From NCBI RefSeq assembly GCF_000372725.1, contig NW_005201421.1, positions 310,001-374,000 on the forward strand: a DNA stretch of 64,000 nt, in the 5' to 3' direction. The notes beneath the pieces were generated by a model. The model saw only the letters and a program-made list of their open reading frames with translations, made no database searches and was not told the DNA's origin. Below are positions 22,696 to 35,009 of this stretch, in pieces; position 1 is the stretch's first letter; each line of letters begins with the position of its first letter. This DNA comes from Emiliania huxleyi CCMP1516. Its lineage: Eukaryota. The position numbers and the translations under genes are program-made.

Positions 22696-24487
22696 CTACG
22701 CGGCAGAAAGGAGGCTCACAGTCCGCGGCTTGGCCGGGCACAGAAAGGCGATGCAGTTGCGCGCGGCGCCTCGGTCGAATGGATTGACCAGCGCGCCGTT
22801 TGGGGATCGGAAATGCGCGTAGCGGCGCCGGTTGAGCCGCTCGTTTGTGGTGAGGTTGGCGAGGGCGTTCCGCGTCCTGTGGAGCCAGAAGCGAGCGAGC
22901 AGAAGGCAGGCGGGCGCCGCCACCGCCAGCGCGAGCCACAGCAGCGTCGTCGGCCGCCCGTCGCCTCTGTCCGGCGCCGGGTGCGGAGAAGGTTCGAGGA
23001 GGGCGTCGGCGGAGAGCGCGGCGACGGCTGCCGCGTCGGCGAGGAGGAGGGAGATGAAGAGGTAGAAGGAGGCGCGATTCCGCGCGCCGACGCAGTTGTT
23101 GATCCACGGGCAGTGGTGGTCAAAGTCGCAGACGCAGCGGCCGCACGCGCGGCAGTGCTTCGCCCGCAGCGGCCTCGGCTGCGCGCAAGCGTGGCAGTGC
23201 CTCGCGACAGCACCGCCGAGCATCGCCGTCGCGGCGCTTGCGGCCACAGGGGAGGCGGCAGGCGGGGAGGCGGCAGGCGGCGTGGCGGGCGGAGAGGCGG
23301 CGGGCGGAGGCGCGGCGGGCAGGCAGCCGTGTGTCGTCGGGAGGTAGCCTGGGTCTGAGCACGAGGCGGTGGCGCCGGAGAGGGCGACGAGCAGCAGCAG
23401 GCCCGCCGGCAGAGCCAGCCTCCAGGCGGCGGTGAGGGGAGGGGCGGGGCCGTGCAGAGGGGCGGGGCCCGCCCCTGGTGCGGCAGCGGCGCGCAGGCCG
23501 CAGGCGTACAGCACGTGCGCTCCGCCGATGGCCGTGCACAGCAGGGCCGGCATCAGGCGGCGGCGGCCGCAGCGCGTGTTTGCCCTCTGCTCGGCGGCGG
23601 CCTCTGCGCCCCTGAGCCACGAAGCGAGCTCCTCGGCGCCTAGCGGGGCCGGAGGCGGGGCGGGAGGCGGGGCGGGAGGCGGTGAGACGGGAGGCGGTGA
23701 GAGGGCCGCCACCAGTGCCAGCGCCGCGCCGCGCCCCTCTGCAGGGGAGAGGAGAGGCAGTGGAGAGAGGCAGAGAGAGGCAGGAGAAGAGAGAGGGAGA
23801 GAGGAGGGAGGACGAGGGGGAGAGAGGCTGAGCGGCTGAGGCGCAAAAGGAGAGAGAGGCAGAGGAGGGAGAGAGGCAGAGGGGCGTGAGAGGCAGGCCT
23901 AGCGACGACGCCACCGCGGCGGCGGTGCGGCGGTCTGAGTCGACGTCGCGCGCGTCGAGCGCCGCGAAGCGCACCAGCAGCTGCGCCACCGCCAGCTGCT
24001 CCTCCTCGGGCGGCGGTGGAGGCAGGTGGAGGCAGCGGAGCTCCTCTGCGTCGAGCGGCGCGACGGAGCCGTCTGTGGCGACCCGGTGCGGGACGACGGC
24101 CGCCTCGCGAGGCGAGTTTCCCAGCGCCACGTGATGCAGCGCCGACCGGCCCGCGTCGTCGCGCGCTCCGCTGCTGCGCGAAACCAGAAGCAGCCGCGAG
24201 AGGAAGGCGAGGTCGCCGGTCCGCGCGGCGAGGTGGACCGGCAGGAGGCCCGACGGCGAAGGTGCGTCGAGGTCAAGCTTCGCGTGCCGCAGCAGCCGCA
24301 GCGCGGCCGCCTTGTCGCCCGGCTCCGCCTCGGCGAGGCTCAGGTGGTGAGCCGCGCCGAGCCCATGCTGGTCGCACAGCCGGTCGGGCGAGGCGGCAGT
24401 CTCGAGGAGCAGCCGCAGCGCGGGCAGCGCGCAGGTGCGGCACGCGAGGAGGAGAGGTGGCAGCGTGTCGCCGCTCTGGTCGTCCAT
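22696..24487 (-). CDS. Ankyrin-repeat DHHC palmitoyltransferase (AKR1/ZDHHC13-17-like)
   Basis: Exon 1 has ANK repeats ([23 protein letters not shown]). Exon 2 has [43 protein letters not shown] and NPFDRG. CT-rich intron ~23740-23898. Confidence 0.9.
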
Positions 24488-24582
24488 TTGAGGCTGTGGA
24501 CGACCGGAGCCCCGGGGCGGCTGGCGCTGGGCTGACTCACAGCCCGCGCGTTCGAATTCTTTTACGTTTCAAGTATGTGAGA

Positions 24583-24750
24583 TGTGTACGCCAACTCAGG
24601 GTGTGTGGCAGCCAGATGGCTGTGTGTCTTGTGAGCCTTTTGTGTCTGTGTGTCGCTCGTGCGTGTCGTCATCATCTGTCCAGCGTCCACCCATACCGCG
24701 TTGGTGTCCAGTCCGAGCCTGGCTGTTCTTCACCTTTCTACCTACCTACC
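24583..24750 (+). mobile_element. Family-2 element with (CTAC)n tail and 9-bp TSD
   Basis: tatgtgaga at 24574-24582 and 24751-24759. Confidence 0.85.
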
Positions 24751-24770
24751 TATGTGAGAGAGAGAGAGAG

Positions 24771-24928
24771 ATGCGTGACCTAGTAGTGTCCCCAGCTATG
24801 GGCGTGTCCACGTTGGAGCCAGGTGTGGTGTGGACGCGAGAATAGCTCCGCCGTTCATGGAGGCAACCGATGCGAGTCGACTGGTGTGTGTCGTCGTGGT
24901 TTCGTATCAAGAATTCTCTCTCTCTCTC
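24771..24928 (+). mobile_element. Family-3 element 3' fragment with (CT)n tail
   Basis: Near-identical to 56943-57086 and flanked by duplicated gtttcaagtatgt(g)agagag. Confidence 0.85.
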
Positions 24929-24939
24929 GTTTCAAGTAT

Positions 24940-24941
<2 letters not shown>

Positions 24942-25003
<62 letters not shown>
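24942..25003. repeat. (GA)n microsatellite
   Basis: Direct observation. Other (GA)n tracts lie at 49522-49582 and ~61956-62033. Confidence 0.95.
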
Positions 25004-25006
<3 letters not shown>

Positions 25007-25347
25007 CCGAAGGCGGACTGCTGACGGGGTTTGCGATGATGAGCGATCCTAACGTGGCATTCGGGTGATCAGATCACCACCGCCGAAGAGCGCACGTAAA
25101 TAAATAAATAAATACAACGGACATCCCAAGCTAGGGCTGGGTCGAGGACAGACACGTCCCCACCTTTGCAGGATTTTGCAAAAGCGAGGGGGGAGGGCGC
25201 ATCGCCGCGCGGAGAGGGCTGGGCACAGGGCACAGGGGATCTCTCTCGCATAGGATACGCACTCGGCGGCACGAGGGCACGTGCCCTCCTCTTAAACGGC
25301 GCGCGCAATTCTTTTACTTGCGCCTTCAAGCAAGCAGCAGAGCCCCC

Positions 25348-26217
25348 ATGTTGACATGCGCTCTCCTCTCGGCACAGGCCCTTGTCCCAGTCCAATCCTA
25401 CCAGCTGCGCACGCCCTTCTCGATGCCTTGCGCGTCGCACCTCCGACCGCCGCCGCGCACGTTGCAGTGCCGACCCGTCCTCATGCAGGGGCAGCGGCGA
25501 GAGCTCGAGGTCGTGGCGCAACCGCTGGCGGCGCTGCGCTTTGCTGCAGGCCGCTTTGGCCTCGCTCTCGTGGGTGCCTCACGCGTGCTGGATGGCGCGG
25601 TAAACCTCGTCGCGACATGCGCGGCGTGGCTGGTGCGCGTGGCGTTCACGGCTCTCCTCCTCCCCGTCCTCGCGACCGCCTGGCTGCTGCNNNNNNNNNN
25701 NNNNNNNNNNNNNNNNNNNNNNNNNNNNNNNNNNNNNNNNNNNNNNNNNNNNNNNNNNNNNNNNNNNNNNNNNNNNNNNNNNNNNNNNNNCCTCCTTCTC
25801 GAGCGGCGGGCGGACGGGCACGTGGCGCCGACAGCCACACCGGCAGCCACACAGGTTACCACACAGGCTGCCACACCGGCAGCGACAGCGGCGCCGACGC
25901 CGGCTGCGGCGGTGGTGGCGTCCACGGAGGGCGGCCCGGCCGTGCCCGCGAGGCAGCTGGCGCCAAACTCGCCGCCCAGCCTCGCCTCCCAGGCCCGGGC
26001 GGACGGGGCGGCCCGGCGAGCCTCGTGGATGCCGCACCGGCCACACGGAGCTGAGGCTGCGGCCGCAACTGGCGGCCCGGCGGTGTCGGCGGCGCCGGCG
26101 CGACCCTCGCCCACCGCTGCCAGCGATGCGAAGGGCGGCGTGTCGGTGGCGGCCGAAGACGCGTCGGGTGCCAACAAGTGGCTGCCGCCGAGCTTCCGAG
26201 AGGCGGCCCGAAAGTAG
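25348..26217 (+). CDS. Hypothetical membrane protein with signal/transit-like leader (spans a gap)
   Basis: Leader MLTCALLSAQALV, hydrophobic segments before the gap, Ala/Pro-rich tail ending NKWLPPSFREAARK*. Confidence 0.4.
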   Translation: MLTCALLSAQALVPVQSYQLRTPFSMPCASHLRPPPRTLQCRPVLMQGQRRELEVVAQPLAALRFAAGRFGLALVGASRVLDGAVNLVATCAAWLVRVAFTALLLPVLATAWLLXXXXXXXXXXXXXXXXXXXXXXXXXXXXXXXXXXLLLERRADGHVAPTATPAATQVTTQAATPAATAAPTPAAAVVASTEGGPAVPARQLAPNSPPSLASQARADGAARRASWMPHRPHGAEAAAATGGPAVSAAPARPSPTAASDAKGGVSVAAEDASGANKWLPPSFREAARK

Positions 26218-26988
26218 CAGCCTCCGCAGCCCCACCCGGCTTGAGGGGAGGTGCAGGCCTGGCCGGGCTCTCCGAGTGCGACGCGCATGTGGGAGAGGGA
26301 GGAGGGAGGATATCGCCCTCCTCGGCGTTATCTGTTATTGCCCGCGGTAAGTCGCGAGGCAGCGCCGAGATCGATGGGTGGTGTAGCCAATGTGTGATCG
26401 ATTCAACGCGTCCGGGCAGCAGACCACAGCAGTGTGTGGGGGCTAGAGCGTGCGCTGTGTCCTGTGTGCCCGTGTGGATGGAAACAAACCGGTTTCGGAT
26501 TCCACTACAAGTGACTAGTCAAGTGAGAAGTGTGCGCGCGCCAGCGGTCCACACACTCCTCTGTCCAAAATGGACGGCCGACGTGCGTCCCACTCGGGTA
26601 TGTCGGCTGCTGCCGCTCTCGCCTCGCTGGCGGCGCGGTCTAGTGCCGCGCCTCCCAGCCCTCCTGTGGGCCCGCGGCGGCTCGCCGCCGCGGTTCTGAA
26701 CAATGTGATCGCTCCGGGCTCGTCCCGGCGTACCGCCGGTGCCGTTTCTTCGCCGATTTTTTCCTCAACCTGTTAGTCGACAAAGTTGTGCCCGAGCTCC
26801 TACTGCTCGTTTGGGCGGCGTAACCGGGTCCTCGCGGCCGAGATGCGGTGCGCCGACACCGGGGCTTCGGCGCGGGGCAATTTCCGGGCCGTCTCGAGCA
26901 ACTTCGAAATCGACCAATTTTGTGACTTCAACATCCTGCTGCTCTTTGACCTCAGCCTCGCTGCCCTCTGCGCGGCTGGCCTAACCTG

Positions 26989-27023
<35 letters not shown>

Positions 27024-27115
27024 ATGCTGCTCCTGCTACCCTCCCGCCCGCCCGCCCTGTCCGCCCGCCCTGGCCGCCCGCTCGCAAGGGGCCTTCACCT
27101 ACACACTGGTCTGCT

Positions 27116-27693
27116 CCCCACATCTCCCCACACCTCCCCACACCTCCCTCTCCCCACACCTCCCCACATCCCCCCACCTCTCCCAACACCTCCCCACACC
27201 TCCCCACACCTCCCCACATCTCCCTCTCGCCACATCTCCCCACATCTCCCCACACCTCCCCACACCTCCCNNNNNNNNNNNNNNNNNNNNNNNNNNNNNN
27301 NNNNNNNNNNNNNNNNNNNNNNNNNNNNNNNNNNNNNNNNNNNNNNNNNNNNNNNNNNNNNNNNNNNNNNNNNNNNNNNNNNNNNNNNNNNNNNNNNNNN
27401 NNNNNNNNNNNNNNNNNNNNNNNNNNNNNNNNNNNNNNNNNNNNNNNNNNNNNNNNNNNNNNNNNNNNNNNNNNNNNNNNNNNNNCTCCCACACCTTCAC
27501 ACATCTCCCCACACCTCCCCACACCTCCCCACACCTCCCCACATCTCCCCACACCTCCCCACACCTCCCCACACCTCCCCACATCTTCCCACCTCTCCCA
27601 ACACCTCCCCACACCTCCCCACACCTCCCCACACCTCCACACATCTCCAAACACCTCCACACACCTCCCCACACCTCCACACACCTCCCCACA
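27116..27693. repeat. 10-bp minisatellite (CCCCACACCT)n spanning a gap
   Basis: Direct observation. Confidence 0.95.
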
Positions 27694-27695
27694 CC

Positions 27696-27784
27696 GGCTT
27701 CGGCCACCGAGGCTTCGGCCACCGAGGCTTCGGCCAACGAGGCTTCGGCCAACGAGGCTTCGGCCAACGAGGCTTCGGCCAACG
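27696..27784. repeat. 15-bp tandem repeat (ggcttcggcca[a/c]cga) x~6
   Basis: Direct observation. Confidence 0.9.
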
Positions 27785-28251
27785 ATATTATTACTGCTCC
27801 GCCGTACCCCCTGCCGTCCGTTACCGCCGTGCCGCCGTACCGCCGCTCCCACAGTGCCGCGCCCGCCAGCGCGGCCGTAACTCTTCTCCCGCGGCGCCGC
27901 TATCCGTATCAGAACCAGAACTAGAAGAGATAAACGAGAATCGAGATATCAGTTATCACGCGCACGCGCCTAAAGTGCTGGTCCCTACACCCTAGAGGAC
28001 CCCGTCTCGCTCTGTCGCTCCCCCGTTTCCACCCCTAGGTTTCCACTCTTATATGAGACCTTACGTGCGGCTGGCAAGTACATACCGTGGGAGAGGTGTG
28101 GGTACGGTATGAAAAGATTTTTTTACGAAATAATATATAATAACGCGGTCGCGATAACTGAGCAACTGACGGAAGGTTTATTGACACCACGCACGCACAC
28201 ACACATCGACTGGGCGAGGACAGGGAACGCGCGCGAATCGGCGGCGCAAGC

Positions 28252-29014
28252 TCAGCCCGCAAGTTGGTCCCCGGGACCGCGCGGCAGGCTCGCGGCGAGG
28301 GTAGCGCGGTGCAGGAACGCTGCGACCGCAGAGCCGTCCTGGAGCGCCTGGCGTCCTCCCGCCTTGGAGAAAGAGTCGCGGCCGAACCGGTCTCTCGCAA
28401 AGACGTCTGCCCCAGCCGCGACCAGCAGCCGGGCCGTCGCGTCGTCGCCAAACGTGGCGGCCAGATGCAGCAAGTTTTGTGCGTCCCTGTCGCTGGTCGT
28501 CACGTCGGCCCCAGCTTCGACCGCCGCCAGAACACGGTCGTACCATTCGCGCGTGCTCCGATGGCTCGGGCCGGCTCGCAGCTCGGCGACGTGGAAAAAG
28601 GTTGGGAAGTCGGTGTGCGTGCCGCGTCGGAGAGGCCGCACCTCCTCCCCTCCGAGCCTCGAGCAGCAGGTAGCGCGCCTCGAAGCTCGCGTTGCGGCTG
28701 CGCGCGTAGCGCAGGTGCGGCGATATGCCCGCGAGCGCGGAGCGGGCCGCGGTTGTGAGCTTGAGGCCACTGCAGAGCCGCCCCCAGAGCGCGCCCTGCG
28801 CCGCGACAAAGGCGCAGAGCCGCCTGCAAACCATCCTTAAACAGCCGAGCGACTCTGGATGTGTTAGGAGCTGCGGCAGCAGAAGGTCTGCGAGGAGCTC
28901 GTGGCCCTCCGACGAGAGCAGCAGCGTCAGCACGTCGCGTCCGCGCTTCGGCCGGTGCTGCGGCGGCGGCAGCAGGGTCGCGAGCCGCGCACTCGACCGA
29001 AGCGTGCGCGTCAT
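28252..29014 (-). CDS. F-box-like plus ankyrin protein with a frame change near 28650
   Basis: ELLADLLLPQLLTHPESLGCLRMVCRRL..ALW in one frame. AGADVTTSDRDAQNLLHLAATFGDDATARLLVAAGADVFARDRFG in another frame. Confidence 0.55.
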
Positions 29015-29165
29015 GTATCGCCCCCCCCCGCCAGGGAGGCGAGACCTCGAAAGCTAAAGGATTGACGGAGGCCAGCGATTTCTTCCCGACCCTGGCGCGC
29101 CTCGGGCCGACAGCCAGCCCTGCCACGGTGCACGCTCCGCCACCGTGCACGGTCGGTCCTCTCGC

Positions 29166-31565
29166 ATGGCGTCTCAGCAGCCGCCACCGGCCCTCGAGCC
29201 GATGCGCGTCTACCTCGATCGCTCGCGCGAGCTGCAGGCTGCCAAGCCGATCGTCGCGCACTACCTGCGCGTCTTTGCGATGAACATCGCGCTGCAGCTA
29301 CGCTCGCGCCTCCGTCCGGCGGACCTCGTGTACGTCTCCTCGCTGATGGACTCGCTCGAGCAGGAGCGCACGCAGCTCGAGGCGCAGCGCGCGGCGAAGC
29401 ACCCGCAGGAGACGATCCGAGAGTTTGCCATCGACCTGTCCAACCGCGCACGCTCCGCCGACAAGCCAGAGGTGTCAATCCCGAACCCGAGCCAGCGCTG
29501 GACGATCGTGGACGCGCCAAAGGTGGCACAGGCATACCACGCCTCGGCCGTCGTGCTGGACTCGCTCCGCCAGTTTGCGCCGCTCGCTCCAGATCTCGCG
29601 CAGCGGCAGCAGAGCGCGCACAAGCGGTCGCAGCAGTGAGCTCAGCCCGCCCGCCCCGCCCCGCCGCAGCCCCGCATTCGCCCGCCCGCCGGCGAGACCG
29701 CGCCTCCCCGCCTCCCGACCGCCCGCGGCCCGCCCCACTCAGGCTCTCCTTGGCGCTCTCGCGCGCCCTCCGCTCCCCGCCCTGCGTGCCGGTCGACTGG
29801 AGGCCGCTCCCAGCCTCTCTCCTCGCGCCGCCCCTCCCCTCGCCGCCGCCCGCGCCATCCGCACCGGCCGCGCCGCCGAAGCNNNNNNNNNNNNNNNNNN
29901 NNNNNNNNNNNNNNNNNNNNNNNNNNNNNNNNNNNNNNNNNNNNNNNNNNNNNNNNNNNNNNNNNNNNNNNNNNNNNNNNNNNNNNNNNNNNNNNNNNNN
30001 NNNNNNNNNNNNNNNNNNNNNNNNNNNNNNNNNNNNNNNNNNNNNNNNNNNNNNNNNNNNNNNNNNNNNNNNNNNNNNNNNNNNNNNNNNNNNNNNNNNN
30101 NNNNNNNNNNNNNNNNNNNNNNNNNNNNNNNNNNNNNNNNNNNNNNNNNNNNNNNNNNNNNNNNNNNNNNNNNNNNNNNNNNNNNNNNNNNNNNNNNNNN
30201 NNNNNNNNNNNNNNNNNNNNNNNNNNNNNNNNNNNNNNNNNNNNNNNNNNNNNNNNNNNNNNNNNNNNNNNNNNNNNNNNNNNNNNNNNNNNNNNNNNNN
30301 NNNNNNNNNNNNNNNNNNNNNNNNNNNNNNNNNNNNNNNNNNNNNNNNNNNNNNNNNNNNNNNNNNNNNNNNNNNNNNNNNNNNNNNNNNNNNNNNNNNN
30401 NNNNNNNNNNNNNNNNNNNNNNNNNNNNNNNNNNNNNNNNNNNNNNNNNNNNNNNNNNNNNNNNNNNNNNNNNNNNNNNNNNNNNNNNNNNNNNNNNNNN
30501 NNNNNNNNNNNNNNNNNNNNNNNNNNNNNNNNNNNNNNNNNNNNNNNNNTGCCCGGCCAGCCGCCGCCGCCGCACCCTCCCCCCTCGGACGCTCCCGCCC
30601 CCGCTGCCGTGGACCCGCCTCCCGTCCCGCCCGCCCCTCCTCCCGTCCCGCCTCCGCCCGCCGCCTCTGCCCTCCTCCCTCTGCCCGCCTCTCCAAAGGG
30701 CTTCGCACCGCCGCCCTACGCGCCGCCGCCCGCCATCGCCCCGCCCCCCGCGGTCCCTCTCCCAGCCGAGCCGGCCGGATCCGGGGGGCGCATCGCCTCG
30801 CTCCTCTCGCGCGGCGCATCCAGCGAGGCGGAGCCGCCGCCTGCAGCAGCCCCGCCTCCAGCAGCGCCGCCTGCAGCAGCCCCGCCTGCAGCAGCCCCGC
30901 CTCCAGCAGCGCCGCCGCCGCCTGCAGCAGCGCCGCCTCCAGCAGAGCCGCCTCCAGCAGCCCCGCCTCCAGCAGCGCCGCCTGCAGCAGCGCCGCCTCC
31001 AGCAGCGCCGCCTCCAGCATCTCTGCCTCCGGACAGCTCTCGCGCTGCGTCGCGAGAGACGGAGCCGCCGCCGCCCGCTGTGGAGCCGCGCGTGGAGGTG
31101 CCGCCCCAGCCAGCCCCTCGCGAGGAGCCAGCCCCGGCCGCGCCACCGGCCGGCGAGGCGGCGGGCGGCGGCAGCGCAGCTGCAGGCAGCGGCGCGGCTG
31201 CAGGCGACGCGGCGGGCGGCAGCGCAGCTGTGCCTTTGGACGTTGAGGCGTCTCGCCAGGCGTCGTTTCAGGAGCAGTTTGGCCCGGCGGCGTGGCGCCC
31301 GAAGCCTCCCGTCGCGCCCGCTCCTTCCGCTGCCGCCCCTCTGGGAGTCCCGCCTGCGAAAGGTGCTCTGTCCCTCCCTCCTCCCAACCCGTCATGCGCT
31401 TGGATCCCGCCCGCGCTCGGTCGACTCCGCCTCGCCCCGTCGCAGGAACGACCGACTCTGGCTTGCCGAGTGCAGCAAGCGGCACTCCCTCCCCTCCTGA
31501 CTGATCCCGCTCCGGCGGAGAGGCCAGGAGGATGCTCGACTAGCCAGTATTTAGGGGGGGCCTAG
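29166..31565 (+). CDS. VTA1: Vta1/LIP5-like ESCRT cofactor (N-terminal MIT region) with Pro/Ala-rich tail; 3' structure uncertain, spans a gap
   Basis: YLDRSRELQAAKPIVAHYLRVFAMNIAL..LMDSLEQER..FAIDLSNRARSAD..AQAYHASAVVLDSL resembles the Vta1 N-terminus. No C-terminal VSL domain was seen. Confidence 0.7.
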
Positions 31566-33097
31566 CCAACGCCCAAAAATCGTGATCTCGTGTATTACTG
31601 TGTGTCGTGTCGCCGCGGTCTTTAGCTTTTTCTGGCGGAGTCAGGGAATTGGTGTAGACCCCGCGGGCCCGCGTGGGCAAATAAGCGCCGTCCAGGCCCC
31701 AGGCGCAAGGGGTAACGGTCTAATAGAGCGGGCCGCCGGCTGAGTGTGTGTATAGAGTATATAAAGCCGACGCGTACTCGAGAGCCCCTTTATTTGCGGC
31801 CCCGCCGAAAGTGTGTGCAAGCTGCAAGCCCAAGCGCACCGAAGAATCTGAATGCGCGAGCAAGAATCTGAATGCGCGGACACGCGTTGCCGTTGGGGGG
31901 ATGCGGGCGAAGCTGTAGGAACGCGGCCCGTGGCCAGACCGCGGGGCGCGAGACGGACACGTGAGCGCCACCAGCCACCACACTCAGCCCCCCTTTATTA
32001 AAAAAACACAATCCCGGGACCCAAGAGAGAACGAGAGACGCACAATCAAGCACGGACAGTCGAGAAGGGAAGAGTCAGCAACGACAATCAGAAGTCAGCG
32101 CCGTCGTAGCGCCATACGTAGCGCTGGGTCCCAGGAATGCGAATGCGATGACGGCCTCTCTAGTGTGAGCTCTAGCTAGTGCCCATTTTGCGACAGGCGA
32201 CAGTGCGAGCGCCCCGAAGATGATCTGAATGCGGCGAGCAAGAATCTGAATGCGCCGACACGCGTTGGGGTGTGCGGGGAAGCTATTGGGACGGCCCGTG
32301 GCAGGACCAGGAGGACTGAGGCATGTGCGACTCAAGGGGGCCTGGGCGAAAGCGGCATGATGTTTTCTTGTTTCCGAACTTCTATAAGTGGTCGGACCGC
32401 CTTTTCTCTCTTTGCCAGGTTCGCTTGATAGCGAGCTCTCGGCGGGGCGCCATTCGAACGCGCTCCTCGGCATAGTCTGCCGAGTCGCTGACGAGCGCGG
32501 TGCTCGTGCCGGAGGGGTCGAGATCCGTCCTGACGACCACCGGGGCCCAGCTGCGCGGCGCGCTGGCCGCGCGGGGTCTGCTCCACATGTCGAGGTTTAG
32601 GTTGTCGAGGTTGCGGCCGACCACGACAACGGATAGATCTAGTGGTGTCCCGCAGAGATCTGTCGTCGAGTCTGTTACAGTCAGAAAAGAAAACGTGGGC
32701 GTGCCTTCCTCAAGGTCCTCAACCTATCTCTTAATTTCATTCCTCTGTGCGTGGAGGCGGCCTGTGCTCTCGCAGACGCTCGCCCTCGCCCTCATCGGGA
32801 TAAAAATGTATTTCGCGCGAAAGAGCGTGACATTGCGTGATTGGGAACTGATCGGCTGCCACCTACCTGCATCTCTTTCTTCATACATATGGGATCCCAT
32901 GCAGCTTGCGAGAGAGCGCGATGGAGATGCGATGCGCCGCTCGACGTCGCAACCAGCAGCGCAGCCCTGCCCCCTCGGCCGCATGGCCGTTGGCCGCCTC
33001 GACGCCGCTTCCTATCAGTTTCGGCAGAAACTAAAAGGGGACTGGACGGGCAGCGCCCCTTTTCTCTTGCCAGGAACGCTTGAAATACACCCTGCCC

Positions 33098-34833
33098 ATG
33101 ACGCTCAACGAGAAAGTGCTCGCCGCCAACGAGATCAAGCGCAGCGCATACCTGGCGCAGGTCCTCGCCTCGAAGCACGCGCCGCTTGCTGAGCTCACCG
33201 AACTTAGCAGGTTCGTAAGGGACATCATCATCCTGCATTCGTACGACCACGTGACCAAGCAATACACATCAGTGATCGCCTACAAGAAGGCGGTGCTGCG
33301 GCAGTGCCCCGAGGTCCGCGCGGCGCTCAGCTCGCTCATCCAGGCAAAGCGTGCCGACCGCGGCGCACTGCTCGAGATACTGCAGACTGCAATCAACAAG
33401 TCGGCCGCGAGCCACGACATCGAGGCAGTCGTCATTGCCCCGCTCACGCTCGAGCAGGCGGCGGAGCTCGCCGCGGAGTACACGTGCCGCGAGGAGGATG
33501 CCTCCAAGTCCAAGGCGAAGAAGATGGCGCCGAGCAAGGTGCGGCCGTCATGCGCCGAATATAGTCCCAAATAGCTGCCGGCATTCTCCCAGGAACTGGC
33601 ATGGACCTGCGCTCCCGCCCTCAGGGCGACGAGAACGCCGCGCCGCACAACGAGACGGGCGCGCCCGCGACGGTCTCACCGCCGGTGCGCGACCGTTCAC
33701 TCCACACAGCCAAGCTCTCCCCACCAACTTTTCTCCTCGCCGCGCCTTCACCCCGCCACCCCGCACCCCGCAGGCGGCAGTCGAGGACAGCAAGAACGTC
33801 CGCCCGGGCGACATCTTCGCCTCGCCACTCCACTCGAAACAGGTCGTGAGCAGCACCGCCACCTTCCCGTGTCCTCTTCCCGACTTCCCATCCCGCCTGC
33901 CGCCTTCCGGCCTGCCCCCTTCACCCGCCTCTGCCCCCGCCCCTTCCCGCCTGCCCGCCGTCACGCGCGCCCTGCGCCCTATCAGGCGGTCGTGCCGCGG
34001 GTGCAGCTCCAGGCGCGGCAGGTGGATGGCCGCCTGCGCACCACGCCTCCGCAGAACCCAGAGCACGCCACGCTGTTGGCGAGCCTCGCGGAGCTCCGCA
34101 GCGAGATGAACGAGCTGCGCTCGGAGAACAAGCGGTTGCACTCCGACACGCGCTCGGAGAACAAGCAGCTGCACTCGCGTACGCACGGTGCCGTCATGAG
34201 CGTCGGCCAGCGCGTCGCTCTCTCGGCCGCGCGCACTGAGGCTTTGTTCGCCGACTCGGCGCGCGCCCCGGCCGTCCACCCCACTCCCCCCGCCCCCGGA
34301 ACCTCCTGCTCGCGTCCCCAGGAGAACACGACACGCGAGCTCTTCCTCAAGAACGCCAACCACACCACTGCCGTCGGCAAGAAGGTCGTTGGTGCGGTGT
34401 TTGAGGCTACATCTGAGACCGACGCGCAGCTGCACCAGGTGCCCGCCCGCCCTTCCCTTTGGCCCCACGCCCCCGGCTCTCTCCACGTCCCGTGTGCCCC
34501 GCGCCTACGCGCCACGACACATCTCAACAGGTGATGCTCGAGGTCGAGGAGGCGCGGGGCCAGGCGGCCGGCGCGCGAATCGCCGCGGACGCCGCCGTCG
34601 AGCACTCCGAGGCCGCGGCCACCGCCTCGGCAAAGGCCGTCGTGGCTGCCACCCGAAAACTGCGGGAGACTGTCGGTTCGCTGGCCAACACCTTGGCCGA
34701 AATCGACGGTGCGATCGACGGCGGAGACGTCGATGCTATCGAGGGACGCCTGGTGCAAATCAACAGGCACCTTCGCGCTATCCCCGACTCCATCACCTCT
34801 TACGAGGGTTTCTCCGGGTCCATGCCCCTTTGA
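33098..34833 (+). CDS. Hypothetical multi-exon coiled-coil protein
   Basis: About six coding-like blocks separated by GT-AG introns with pyrimidine tracts (MTLNEKVL...; LAELRSEMNELRSENKRL; VMLEVEEARG...SMPL*). Confidence 0.55.
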
Positions 34834-34959
34834 GAGCCGGCACAGTTTGCCTCAGCAGTCGCATAGCCCTCCAGAGTGGCCGCACCCACGGCAGGTAACT
34901 AGAGTGGGGAAACGCTCAGTTCCGAGCGACTCGAGAGGGTCTCCCACCGCGAGGAGCAC

Positions 34960-34995
34960 TTAAAGAAAGAAAGAAAGAAAACAGACAACCCAAGG
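34960..34995 (-). mobile_element. Family-1 insertion with (TTTC)n tail and 7-bp TSD
   Basis: ggagcac at 34953-34959 and 34996-35002. Confidence 0.65.
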
Positions 34996-35009
34996 GGAGC
35001 ACGCTGCGA

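Noticed and set aside
26570..27995. ORFs with PHTSPHL, GRCGEVW or GFGQR repeats
   Set aside because: Translations of minisatellites across a gap; no gene model could be supported.
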